DNA of 49,348 bases from contig CAVXAT010000018.1 of assembly GCA_963759805.1 (NCBI GenBank), positions 1 to 49,348 of the forward strand, in the 5' to 3' direction. Both the position numbers and the translations under genes were made by a program. Positions within the stretch are counted from its first letter, which is position 1. The number at the start of each line of letters is the position of its first letter. This DNA comes from an uncultured bacterium. Its GTDB lineage: Bacteria; Babelota; Babeliae; Babelales; RVW-14. The notes beneath the pieces are model-generated. The model made no database searches. It worked only from the letters and a program-made list of their open reading frames with translations, and was not told where the DNA came from. Positions 49,169 through 49,348 of the stretch are shown here, piece after piece.

Positions 49169-49348
49169 ATGTATTATGTTTATCTACTCAAATCACTAAA
49201 AAATCCCACCAAAACTTATATCGGCTATACCACCAATTTAAAGCAACGATTGGAATCTCACAATTCTGGAGGATCCGAATACACATCTGACCATCGGCCA
49301 TGGAAATTGGTTGGATATACCTGTTTTGATAGTGCAACTAAAGCTTTA
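49169..49348 (+). CDS. Small GIY-YIG nuclease (partial, runs off the window; absent from the ORF track)
   Basis: MYYVYLLKS...TYIGYTTNLKQRLESHNSG...YT...RPWKLV. Confidence 0.9.
   Translation, partial: MYYVYLLKSLKNPTKTYIGYTTNLKQRLESHNSGGSEYTSDHRPWKLVGYTCFDSATKAL

Noticed and set aside
48885..49199. 104-aa ORF
   Set aside because: Reads through tRNA-Asp and the repeats; the real gene is the GIY-YIG ORF in another frame.

Overview
AT-rich bacterial chromosome segment. Housekeeping genes are scattered and mostly detached from their usual operons: ruvB, a tig-like gene, rpmH, an rnpA-yidD fusion, trmB, pgk, rsmG, upp, dnaA, rsmH, spoVG, lpxA, lpxI, ftsW, tsaE, a lone atpG and uvrB. The window also holds four tRNAs (Lys, Leu, Gln, Asp), two MacAB-like ABC exporter modules, an MNT-HEPN pair, a class II Fic gene, a type IV pilin and many orphan signal-peptide proteins. 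This mix and a eukaryote-like RING protein suggest an intracellular protist-associated bacterium such as Dependentiae/Babelota (TM6); that assignment is inference only. The most notable items not explained by the ORF track or by routine annotation are: (1) a 41-bp-period array of palindromes directly upstream of the Fic-HTH gene; (2) a REP-like hairpin family fused to the CCA end of three tRNA genes, with compensatory base changes, a nested copy and an adjacent GIY-YIG nuclease gene; (3) an unannotated 33-aa, 12-Cys metallothionein-like gene; (4) a secreted three-repeat protein with ten HxxM motifs; (5) a secreted RING-H2 candidate E3 ligase effector; (6) the RnpA-YidD fusion. No database searches were run.
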